A DNA stretch of 64,000 nt, from positions 930,001 through 994,000 of the forward strand of contig NW_026250412.1 of the NCBI RefSeq assembly GCF_024521635.1, in the 5' to 3' direction. Below, in pieces: positions 39,553 to 49,564 of this stretch. This DNA is from Tricharina praecox (Eukaryota). Below the pieces are notes generated by a model. That model saw only the letters and a program-made list of their open reading frames with translations, was not told the origin of the DNA and ran no database searches. The position numbers and the translations under genes are program-made. How positions within the stretch are numbered: the first letter of the stretch is position 1; each line of letters starts with the position of its first letter.

Positions 39553-41799
39553 CTACTTGTGACGTTGCGGCAAGCCGGGGCACAGGGTATTAATCTTCGC
39601 CTGGTCCGCCTTCGCCAGCGCTATAGCAAGCGTGTTCTGCTCCTTCGGTATATCTTGGACTTCCAGTGCGATATGGTGAGCGGCGACGATCATCACCAGC
39701 TCGCGGAGCGGAGCTATGGCGGAGCCGCGTGTGGTGCTTTTGCGGATGAACGCAGCGACGAGCGGGTTGCAGCAGTGCAGGACGACGGTGCTGTCGCGGA
39801 GGATCTTGTTCCATTTGTTGAAGGCGTGGGCGATGGCGTACAGCTCCTTGTAGTCCTTGGACTCGGCGTGAAGGCTGCTGGGTACGTCCTCGGTGAAGAG
39901 CTGGCTCGCGTCTGCGTGCGCCCCGATGTTCTTCTGATCGGAGCGCAGGAAGTGCCCGCCCATGCTGTCGGGGATGGCGTCGGTCCATACCCGAAAGGTC
40001 CGCGTGGGCGGCCGCAAAAGCGTGATCCCGTTCCATTGCGGAAGGAATGTCGACCACCAGAGAAGATCCTGCTTGGCGCCCGAGGAAATCACTATGTTGT
40101 CTTCGCGGTTGTGGGCGTTTTTTTCGTCGTGGAGTCGTCGCAGGAATGGACGGCCGCCGGGGATAACCTTGCAAACAGACGACAAGTGGCCAACCACTTT
40201 CTCCAGCTTGGTGTAGGGAACTATCGTTTCTTGCATGAGACCGTTGACCTCGTTGATGGCCCTCTGGTGTTTTTCTCGTGGTAGGCGAGCCTCCATCGCG
40301 ACGGTGTCAATTTCAATTCCGAGGAAGGTTACTCGCGTGCCTTCTTCGTTCTTGGAGGTTTTGATGTTGAAACCGAGGTCCGCACAGATGGTATTGAAGT
40401 CCGTGACGAAGGCGAAGTCCTTCCGGTTCGAGGGTATGACCGCAAGGAAGTCATCGAGGTAGTGCAAGGTGAGCTCCCAGCCCTTTTCCTCCCGCAGGAC
40501 CCATTCGAGCGCTGACGAGAATTTGTCGAAGATGATGGGCGACGTGCGCAGGCCAAACGGGAGGAACTGGTCGCACCAGTAGCGCCCCTGCCAGCAGAAT
40601 CCAAGGAGCCACCAGTCTTCGGGGTGGACTGGAATGTGGCGGAACGCATCGGCTAGGTCGCGTTTGACGAGCTTTGAACCTGGTCCTGCTTTCTGGATGG
40701 CTTTGATGGCGTCATCGATTGTAGTGTATTTGAGCGAGCTCCACTCCTGCGGGATATGATCGTTTACAGATCTTTTACGAGGGCAGGACAAATTGTGGAT
40801 ACGACGGAAAGTTCCATCCGACTTTGGCCGGAGCCCGAGAGGCGATGAAATAAACTTGTCCGGGAGCTTTCCTGGTGGCATTGCAAGGAATTGGCCCAGA
40901 GCAACCCGTTTACGAACATCGTCGGTAAGGCTGCTAGGATCCTTGAGCGCGGAACGTTGATTTTCACTGATGATGCGCTGCGGAGGACCCGTGTAGCCGA
41001 TTTTGGCCCCATAGGTAGCAATATCCATGAGTGTGTTCTTGTAGCCGGGCTCGGGGTGGTTCCGTAACCAACGCTCGAAGCCAGCCGCTTTCAGAGGGCC
41101 GCGATTCATAAAAGCAGGGTCACAGGGTGCAGTTAGAGCGTAAAAGAAGCGAAGCTGTGGGTCTTGGAGGCGGTGTTTTGTTAGAGAAGAAGACGCTGCG
41201 GAGCCTTTGGCTGCGGGGCCTTTGGCTGCGGGGCCTTTAGATACGGGGGCTTTGGTTGCGGGGCCTTTGGCTGCGGGGCCTTTGGCTGCGGGGCTTTGGG
41301 CACCTAGTAGGAGGGGTAGAAAAGTGGCCCACCACTCCGGCTGAGTCTGGGCAGCAGGGGCAGCAGCGGCCCGTTGGGCGGGTTGAGCCTGTGCAGCAGT
41401 GGTAAGAGCGACCTGTCGGGCGGGTTGGGCCTGGGCAGCAGGGGCGGTAGCGGCCCGTCGGGCAGGTTGAGTCTGGGCGGCAGGGGCGGCAGGGGCGGCA
41501 GTAGCAGCAGCGGCTCGCCGGGCAGGTTTGGTCTGGGCAGGTTTGGCCGGGGCAGCAGAGGGAACAGCGGCCGGGAGTGTACCGAAGATACTCATGAACC
41601 CAGTGAAGAGAGCAGGTAGCAATACTGGTGGGACCGCTGCGGGGCTCTTTTCGGAGCTCTTTGCGGCGCTCTTGGCGGTGTTGGCTGGTGGGTTTTTTGC
41701 GCCGCTGGCTGCGTTGCCGGATGCGGAGCTCTTTGCGGAGCCATTTTCGTTGTCGGCTGGCGGGCTGGTCGTGAGGCCAGTGGCCTTGCGCTTAGGCAT
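39553..41799 (-). CDS. Stand-alone reverse transcriptase + degenerate RNase H of DIRS/Ngaro (tyrosine-recombinase retroelement) type, with low-complexity N-terminus
   Basis: Uninterrupted ~748-aa ORF from ATG 41799 (MPKRK). RT motifs SPLGLRPKSDGTFRRIHNLS, KRDLADAFRHIPV, LPFGLRTSP, YLDDF (YLDD at 40461..40450), FLGIEIDT. RNase H-like VWTDA, KELYA, HCCN, NTLAIAL. Confidence 0.9.
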   Translation of the reverse strand: MPKRKATGLTTSPPADNENGSAKSSASGNAASGAKNPPANTAKSAAKSSEKSPAAVPPVLLPALFTGFMSIFGTLPAAVPSAAPAKPAQTKPARRAAAATAAPAAPAAQTQPARRAATAPAAQAQPARQVALTTAAQAQPAQRAAAAPAAQTQPEWWATFLPLLLGAQSPAAKGPAAKGPATKAPVSKGPAAKGPAAKGSAASSSLTKHRLQDPQLRFFYALTAPCDPAFMNRGPLKAAGFERWLRNHPEPGYKNTLMDIATYGAKIGYTGPPQRIISENQRSALKDPSSLTDDVRKRVALGQFLAMPPGKLPDKFISSPLGLRPKSDGTFRRIHNLSCPRKRSVNDHIPQEWSSLKYTTIDDAIKAIQKAGPGSKLVKRDLADAFRHIPVHPEDWWLLGFCWQGRYWCDQFLPFGLRTSPIIFDKFSSALEWVLREEKGWELTLHYLDDFLAVIPSNRKDFAFVTDFNTICADLGFNIKTSKNEEGTRVTFLGIEIDTVAMEARLPREKHQRAINEVNGLMQETIVPYTKLEKVVGHLSSVCKVIPGGRPFLRRLHDEKNAHNREDNIVISSGAKQDLLWWSTFLPQWNGITLLRPPTRTFRVWTDAIPDSMGGHFLRSDQKNIGAHADASQLFTEDVPSSLHAESKDYKELYAIAHAFNKWNKILRDSTVVLHCCNPLVAAFIRKSTTRGSAIAPLRELVMIVAAHHIALEVQDIPKEQNTLAIALAKADQAKINTLCPGLPQRHK

Positions 41800-42869
41800 T
41801 GGCGAGGCGTTGGGTTGATGGAACGGGCTTTTTGTTTCGGTTGTGCTGGGTAGTAACAACCGGAAGGTAGACGTGTTATAGATGAAATCCGCAAACCCCG
41901 CCCGGCCATAGCTACTTTATTTACACGTCTGCCTGCATACTCCCGTGACACGACTCCCCCAGAGTCCAGAGTCCAGAGTCCAGACTACCCACGACCACGT
42001 ATGTATCCTGTGTCACCTCAAGGCCTCCAAATCCATTTCTTCGTCATTGGATAGGTAGCTCACAGCACCCAATCCGTCCCATGAATTGTGGTGTTCGAAT
42101 GATGCTACGCATGGGTACGTGTAGTTGAAACATGGTTGGTTACGCCGTTGCGGGCCGAGGAACGGGCCGGCCGTTATGGGCCATTAGCGGCCGCGCCATG
42201 CTGCAATAGTGCCGTATGTATACAAGCTGTTGGTCATGGATAATCAACTAACTAGGTTGCCCGGCCCGGGATCGCTGTGGGCTGTAGGGCGAGAGTGCGG
42301 GATGTATAGTACCAGTAGTAATATGAAGTAGGTACCCGAGTTGTCCGAATTCCGTAGCCTGGTTTCGATATGGTTTCGTTCCAATTTCGATCCGATGCCG
42401 ATGCCGAAGAAGGCTGATCAGTGGTGCCAGGTAAATACCTAATACCTAACACCGCTATGGTGGGCCGTGGGACGGTAGAGTAGAATAGTGATATGAGGTG
42501 GTTAGCGCGTCCTGACTACTTTACCATACGGTAGTACTCGGTCCGTGGGTTACAACATGCGGATGTAGCCAGCGGCCAGTTATTGGGCTTATTGATAGGG
42601 GGGGTTTTTGTTTTGTTTAATGATTGCATACGACCTATATATCTAGATCTAGTCATACATATTACACACTCAGTTCCGCACCACTGTCAATCCGACTCTC
42701 ATCGAGCGGCCCGGTGATGCTTTCCCTGCCCGCCGCCACCCTGGTCTGTCCCATCGATACATAGAGGTAGAGGTCGAAGTATATACTAGAAGTAGAACGC
42801 ATCAATGAAATAATACAAGAAACCTAAAGAAAAAAAGAAACATCCTCCTTCTCCTTCTCTCGCCTCAAC

Positions 42870-44300
42870 TCCCTTTCTGCTCGCTCCCTATCCTCCTACT
42901 CGGACATCTCATCCACTGCCTCCTCCTCAGCGACCGAGTAGTGTAGTGCTTCGACAGCTAGCATCACCAGTGGAGATCCGGGCCACGGGCGGTGGTTGTG
43001 CCGACTGCCGAGTGATTTCCAGTCCGTTTCGTCGGGAGTCCGGGAGTCGCACGGTGGTGCGGCTGTTTACTTTGTTTTGTTTTGCTTTGTTTTTGCTTTG
43101 CGTTGGTATTTTGTCTCCATCTTCATCTTTGTCTTCTCCGCCGCCGTGTTCGCCTTCGCCAAAAACATTTACCCTGGTGGGTGATAAATATTGATCCGCG
43201 GTCCGTATCCTTTTGCCAGCGGCCCGCCTCAATAGTGACGTGCGCAGTCTATGATTTGCAGCACGGTATCTTCGTCCAGCTCGGCGATCAGGTCAAGTGG
43301 ATGTAGGCGCAGGAGCTGGTGGTTATATGGATTATATGCCCGTTCAACATGGTGAGAGTGCGGCCGTGACTGAGTGGTCTTTGCGATATTTGAAGATGCT
43401 GTTTTCGGTTTTGTTTTTAGTTTTGATGGTGCGCTCGTTGGCATTGGGTTGGTTTGGGTTGGAGAGATGGTTGTAGGTTTGGATGGTTGGTTGCTGGCTC
43501 CTTCGTAGGACTCAGCTCGATCGCAGCCGTGGTGGAGGTGCGTTCTATTGGACTCAGTGGGTATGAGTATGATGTAGGGGGGACCTGGTGGTCGGAGTTC
43601 TGATGATGTTTGTTTGGTGGCTTTCCGTCTTCTTCACCTTGATCGGTTTCGGTTTCGGTTTTGTCTTTTTCGTCCGTGTTTGGCTTCTTCGTTCTTCGTT
43701 CTCCTCCTCCTCCTCCTCCTGCTTCTGTAGCTCCTCCCTCTCCTCCTACTGCTTTCGGAGCTCCCCCCTCACCTCCTCCACCACCGCCACCTCCACTCCC
43801 TTCTCCCCTCCTCATCTTTTCTCACTTCTTTCTTCTCCGCTGAATAACCGATCCAACTCTTCACTCTGCTGGGCGATGCATAAGCAATCCCCCCGTTAGT
43901 AGCTTGCGCAGTCAATGATTTATTCGTCGGCTTCCCATCTTAGTCGTGGTGTATATGCGTCCTATTAGACTCGATCGGTAGGTAAAAGTGTGATGTAGAG
44001 GGAACCCGGCGGTCTGAGCTGTGAAGCCTGAGATGTTCCAACAATCTATTTTCATTTCGGTCGCCTTGTATACCGAGGTGCTGGGTTGAAGAGATTGAGA
44101 TTGGCCTCGTGGCCTGGGCTCCGCCGCCGGCGGCGGCGACGACAGGTCGGCTCCTTCGTCCCCTCCTTCAACCGGGGGTGGTTGCCGCAGTTGTAGTTTG
44201 CCATGGTGTTTTTTGGTTGTTGGGCGTCGAGTTTCGGAAGCGGAAGCGCCAAAGGTGCCTGGATTCTCGGCGGCCATGTGATCGACCTTCCACTTCTCCT
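42870..44300 (-). pseudogene. Decayed ORF(s) of unknown family
   Basis: Coding-like Gly/Glu/Lys-rich and S/T/P-rich segments broken by stops and frame changes; two related IIDCA motifs. Boundaries approximate. Confidence 0.35.
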
Positions 44301-45241
44301 CTTGAAGCCCCGCATCCTCCTGCGCTTACACCTCTCCCCTCAGTTTTTTTTGGTTGGTTGGTTCGGTCGGATTGGATGTCACATGCTTGTTTTTCGAGTT
44401 TTGGTTTCGTCGCCGAATAGGATTTGGTGAAGTTGATGTCCTCGTTCTCCGGTTGGAGTGTTGATAGGATGATAGGATGATTGAATGATTGTGTGATTTA
44501 ATGATGAGAAGAAGAGAGACGAGACCTGAAGGGGGAGGGGTTTTATAAGAAAAAAATTGGCTTGAATGGGCGGCCATAAAGGTCGTCTTTCTACGGAAAA
44601 CAGTAGTGTGATCCATTAAAAATTGCGGAGATGGGAGATCATTGAAAGGACTATGGCGGTTGATGGTGGAGAGCGGAGGTGCCGGTTGTCATGGGGATGA
44701 ATGGCGAGTTCTCACGTCGGAGTTGGGATCATCAGTCGGATTACATAAAACTTGGAAGTTACGTTACAATTCATCACCAAATGTCCCTCGTATTACATAA
44801 ATGAGCATTACTACGATACTGCTGCCATCTGGCTTTGCAACTATTCTCCTGCTCTTACTATTCATCTTCTCTCCGTCTCCGCCCACTTCACTTCCACCCG
44901 CTTCCCCCAAGCCCCTCCTCTTCAGCCCCTCCTCTTCAGCCCCTCCCCCGCCCACTCATCGCTTGGTGATAGCATCGACTGACCGAATGATCTTTATCGC
45001 AAGTCGTAAGGAGTGTTGGAATGTCAGGGTTGAATTGGTAGTATCTTTGGTTCGTAGGGGAAAATCATCTGCCGTGTAGTGTAGGTGTGCGCAGTGGCAG
45101 CGTTCTTCTTGCTAGTGCCCGGGGCGGTGTCTTCGCTGCTCTTCATCCACCTCATCCTCCTCATCCTCCTCAGCCTCATCCTCTCCATCCTCGTCCTCCT
45201 CAACTGATATCCCCTTGAATTCCTCCAAGTTGAAGTGGACT

Positions 45242-46286
45242 CTATCGTGGTCGATTGTTGATGCTTAAGATGTATCCATGACCTATTGGTCTGTAGAATT
45301 TTGAGTATAGTAGGGCGTCGCGCTCATCGTCAATCTCCGGCTCCTGGCCATCACAGCGGACCATCTTGAAGCGGTAGTAGCCCTCCTCCGCGTTCGTTCC
45401 CTTCACCTTCCTCGTGGCAACCTCGTGCTCCACAACGGTATACAAACCGTCGTAACGATAGCCAACACTCGGCGCCCATTTGCTCGCTCCCTTAGCCCTG
45501 GCGACCCGTACGGGCCGTTGGCTCTCGTAGCTGCGCATGAGCACCTTCGTGTGCGTCGTTAGCACAGGCCCCGTATCCCCGTTGGCCTTCCACCCATTGG
45601 TTCCAGAGTAGAACAGGACATCCCCGTTATCCTCATCGGTGGCCTCATACCCACTGCCACCCGACGAGATAATCGAGAATGCCCCGACATCTAACTGTCC
45701 ATAAATGCCTGCAACAGGCGCACAATGGGCTCCATCGCGGCGCGCGGAAATCCGCGGCGGCCACCAAGTTCCGAGCTCGATACCGTCGTAGCCAAACCCG
45801 TTCGCTGGACATGACCTATTGGTCTGTAGAAATTTGAGTATAGTGATGCCGTCGTGGCCGAACCGGTTCGCTGGACGTCCTGAGCTCGCCAACTTGGGAT
45901 ACCTCTTGCCGGCTGGAGAGATGTGGTGGATTACTCCTGCCACCATCTGCTCGTAAACCGGCATCACCGTCTGATCATCGAGTGGAGGGACGTTCTCATC
46001 CTCCCCATCCTCGTGATCAGGGTGTGCCATCACCTCTTCATCATCGGCCTCTTCCTCATCCTCTGGCTCCCGGGTCGGTGCGGGGCCGGCAGTGAGTAAC
46101 CTCTGTGCCAAATCCCCCTCCTCCCACTTGGTACACAACTCCCTTGCCATCTCCTGCAAGTCCTTCCGGGAATCTAGCTGCCCATAATCCCTGCAACCGG
46201 AAGATTTGATTGTCTGAATGATTGTGATTAGAAAGAAAGGAAGAGAAAGTGGGAACGAAAGATGGGTTGATATACCTGAAGTCCAT
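45242..46286 (-). CDS. SRA/YDG domain protein (putative modified-cytosine reader), rearranged and possibly pseudogenic
   Basis: FGYDGIELGTWW, RDGAH...AGIYG...GAFSIISSGG.GYE..DED.GDVLFYSGT, PVRVAR, APSVGYRYDGLYTV (YDG at 45454..45446), YRFKMVRCDGQ. Intron with GTATAT donor at 46275. 5' end unresolved. Confidence 0.8.
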
Positions 46287-46501
46287 AGAATGAATTCTTT
46301 TCTTCTAGGGACCTGCCCGCAGAATATTCTGAAGGAAGTTCTGCAGGATTGCCGGCTCCTTGAAAGGTTTCTTGTGTGCCGGGTTTAGAACAGCCTACCG
46401 TAGGTGTCAGTGGATGACCTTCGAAGATCTTGTATGGCAGAATTAGGGATCAAGGAAGAAGCAGAGCGTACATACTTAGTGAAGCTGATCAAAACCTAAG
46501 C

Positions 46502-46567
46502 CCCGGAAAATATGTTTTGGGAGGTTGTTCTCCCGGGAAAAGATGTTTTGGGAGGTTGTTCTCCCGG
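46502..46567. repeat. ~30-bp tandem duplication (..ATGTTTTGGGAGGTTGTTCTCCCGG) x2
   Basis: Directly visible. Confidence 0.8.
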
Positions 46568-47614
46568 TTAAGTGCGTACTTCGAATGGTGGCGACCGGAG
46601 TCCACATAAGGTTGGCGGGAGGAGAGACGAAGTAGGTAGAGGCAGGAAAGTAAGGAGAGGTAGAAGTGGGTAGAGGTAGAGGTGACCGCCGCGATCTTGG
46701 AATTCGAGTATAGAGAAATTGTATGAGAAAGTTGAAGCGAGCCCGGAGACTTGATACCTATTAGAGAGAGGCACACTTGAAGAAAGCAACAAGAAAAGAA
46801 ATTAGATGATGAACGATATAACCTTTCAGAAAAGTGGGCCTCCCTAGGTTTAAATAACACAGGTCGGCCAACTTTCGCCGACACTGCATCGTCGCACCAC
46901 CACCGACAACAACAAAAGCCATCAAAACAAACCAGAATCAACGGGCAAAACAAAACAAGTCCCCCCTGCAGCCCCAGGATCGACAGCCGGTCCCAACATC
47001 TTAACAGCAAGTCCGCCCAAGGTCCGCAGCCAAGGGTCGAAAAATTCTTCCAAGACGTCAGTTCCAGCAAGTTTAGACTGGTCGATGGTATCAAAAGAAA
47101 CCGTTCCAGCATGTTTACAGTGGTCGACAGTGTCAAAACAAACCGTTGTTTCCCTGGCTTGGCGACTTTATTAGCAAAATCAGCGTGTTTGTTTCGGTTT
47201 TCAGCTGTGCACCTGCTCTGCACCTGCTCTCCAAGCTGCTGCACTTCAACTCGGTCTTACGTAGTGTGCCTTGGCTGTCTGCAACAGGTTGTAAAATTCT
47301 TTTATTCCTGCCGTTGCTGTCCTCCCTAGAGATCCCGCTGCCCAAGAACACACTTCACCAGCAGAACCTCCTTATTTCGCTTACTTAAGTAGCAAAACAA
47401 TGAAGCCTTGCCGCTTTCATAGATCTCCGAGCTCTGCCCCCCCTCTCGGCACATTTCGGCCACGTGAGTTGATAGCTTCAATGTCCGTTCGTGCTGAACC
47501 TCTAGGCAGTTCAAGAAGGACCTGAGAACCTACCATAAATTGCAACCCTCCTCAGCGGTCCGCATAACGGTATCATACTAACCTAATTCGCCGACTTCCG
47601 AGTTCTTTGAAATC

Positions 47615-48769
47615 ATGCCACCGAATCCCCTTCCACCGACTGGAACACCCACAGGCGACCCGCCAGCGACACCAAAACCCCAAGGACCGAAACCTACAGT
47701 CGCAACAACCGAAGACCGGACAGCCCGGCATCATTCCAGTGCATCGCCTTCAACCTCGAGGATTCCAAGGGCTGCTACAAGTTCTTCGCCTTCGCCGGCG
47801 GGGAGCTCGAAAAATAGTACAGCTTCTGCACTGCCGGCGTCAAAGCTGCCGGTGAAGTTGAAGACACCGGTTCGTACAGAGGTTCCGAAAGTGGGCGTAG
47901 GTGCGCCGACAAAGAGCCTGCATACAGCTAGTGGAGCTGGAAAGGCTGTGGCAAGGCCCTCGAAGCTGCCGGTGTCTGTTTCGCCAACTGCAGCACCTGT
48001 GGGAACTACTGTAACTGCGACCTCAATCTCTTGCGGAATCGCAAGGAACACCAAGAGGCCGTCTGTCTCTGCCGTTCCGAAAACAGAGTCGAATAACCAG
48101 AGGCAGGAGAATCGGGAGTCATCCGCCCTCCAGCGGAAGCCGGAGGATAGACTTACAGAAATTAAGGAAAATCTTCGAGATATGGCCATATCTGCAGCCT
48201 CGAGCTCTCGTCTAGCGGTGGGCATGGTTCCAGACTCCAAGAGCTTAGGTAGCGCAACTATAGCAGCTACCATTGAGCCCCCGAGGCCACCGACAACAAC
48301 AGTGCCAGTGGCCATCTCCCCCGTAAAGCGTCCCGCAGATCCAGTAGTAACTCCGGTAAGGACAACCATACAGCACCCCTCCCCTTCCTCGAAACATGAG
48401 CCCAGCCCACCTATAACCACTCTTGTCACCCGCCCCTCTTCCACCCGCTTCCCAGTCATGCCCTCCACCCCGCCCAGGCACACCTCGACGCCAACCACTC
48501 TCACCACTCCCACCATGCACCCCTCTTTCACCCGCTTCCCAATCGCGCCATCCACCCCGCCGAAGCGCACCTCGACGCCCTCACCACACAGCATCCCTGC
48601 CAGTCCGAGCACCGGATTCCGCTGGAAATGTTGTCAGTGCAAAAATAAGGGCGCCGTGGGGAGCAATGTGTGCCAATCGTGCGCGCACCGGAAGTGTGGT
48701 TATTGTAAGCTAAAGAATGAATCGCTGGGGACGTGGATAAGGGGGAAGTTTTGGAAGAAGGACAAATGA
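47615..48769 (+). CDS. Hypothetical S/T/P-rich protein with C-terminal Cys/His cluster (putative zinc finger)
   Basis: 384-aa ORF; WKCCQC-x10-CQSCAHRKCGYC near the C-terminus; internal duplicated PS.TRFP..PSTPP..TSTP. Confidence 0.65.
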   Translation: MPPNPLPPTGTPTGDPPATPKPQGPKPTVATTEDRTARHHSSASPSTSRIPRAATSSSPSPAGSSKNSTASALPASKLPVKLKTPVRTEVPKVGVGAPTKSLHTASGAGKAVARPSKLPVSVSPTAAPVGTTVTATSISCGIARNTKRPSVSAVPKTESNNQRQENRESSALQRKPEDRLTEIKENLRDMAISAASSSRLAVGMVPDSKSLGSATIAATIEPPRPPTTTVPVAISPVKRPADPVVTPVRTTIQHPSPSSKHEPSPPITTLVTRPSSTRFPVMPSTPPRHTSTPTTLTTPTMHPSFTRFPIAPSTPPKRTSTPSPHSIPASPSTGFRWKCCQCKNKGAVGSNVCQSCAHRKCGYCKLKNESLGTWIRGKFWKKDK

Positions 48770-49169
48770 GGAAGTGGGGGTGTGAGTATATACAACCCAT
48801 TTGATAGAATCTCTTCGCTGAGGGGGTAGGTAGCATGGACGGTCGGGTGCAAGGGGAATAGAGATGCGACTTGATTTCGAGCATTATTGAATCTTTCCTT
48901 TCGCCTCATCACTGATGACTTTTCTTAGCCGCCTGCACTATCGTTTCAGAAATCGAGTATCCGTGTTCTTTCTTCCAACTGTATAGCATCGCCGAGAACG
49001 CTGCTGGATGTGTTCATAGGAATCACTCGTTGCTCGAATGACATCTTGGGAGACCTCCACCACCTCATACATTTACAGAAGTGGCCCAAATAAACTGTAA
49101 TCTCCTACCAGAAACACGCAGACCGGACTGATCGGAAATTGCCCGGAAAAATAAAACACCAAAAAGTAA

Positions 49170-49243
49170 CTCCTCCGGGTGGGCTTGAACCACCAACCTC
49201 TCGATTAACAGTCGAACGCGCTAGCCAATTGCGCCACGGAGGA
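49170..49243 (-). tRNA. tRNA-Asn(GTT)
   Basis: TCCTCCG acceptor stem paired with CGGAGGA, D-arm TGGCGCAATTGGCTAGCGC, anticodon loop CT-GTT-AA, T-loop GTTCAAG, downstream T5 Pol III terminator (49165..49161). Confidence 0.97.
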
Positions 49244-49564
49244 TGTTTGATGTAATTTGAATAACAGTATGAAATATGAAATAAACAAATAATAGTCAAG
49301 TGGTTACTTAACAGAGGCTGTATCTACCAGACTCTACCGCGCAATATCGCCGTCGTTGGCACTCCTACTTATCCGTTAATTACCTCAGATCATTCTCGTT
49401 CAGTTCATTCATTCATCATTAATAGCAAGCAAACAAATGGTATAAGCGTTAACAACACGAACAAAATGCAGCCTTCATAGGAAGGCAACACACCCAACAC
49501 AGCTACTCAACTCGCCCGTCTTCTGTCCCTCACCACCAGAAGTGTATCTCCTCCTCACTAACTT

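Noticed and set aside
39590-40174. 194-aa overlapping ORF as the missing tyrosine recombinase
   Set aside because: No recognisable R...HxxR...Y catalytic pattern; looks like an off-frame shadow of GC-rich codons.
41800-42700. Primer-binding site for the nearby tRNA-Asn, or LTR/ITR around the RT
   Set aside because: No complement of the tRNA 3' end (TGGCTCCTCCGG) and no terminal repeats found by eye; DIRS-type elements are not known to use tRNA priming.
46489-47500. 251-aa minus ORF and short plus ORFs between the SRA and Cys-cluster genes
   Set aside because: GTG start, atypical composition, no motifs; only a 42-bp tandem duplication (~47061-47147) is evident.
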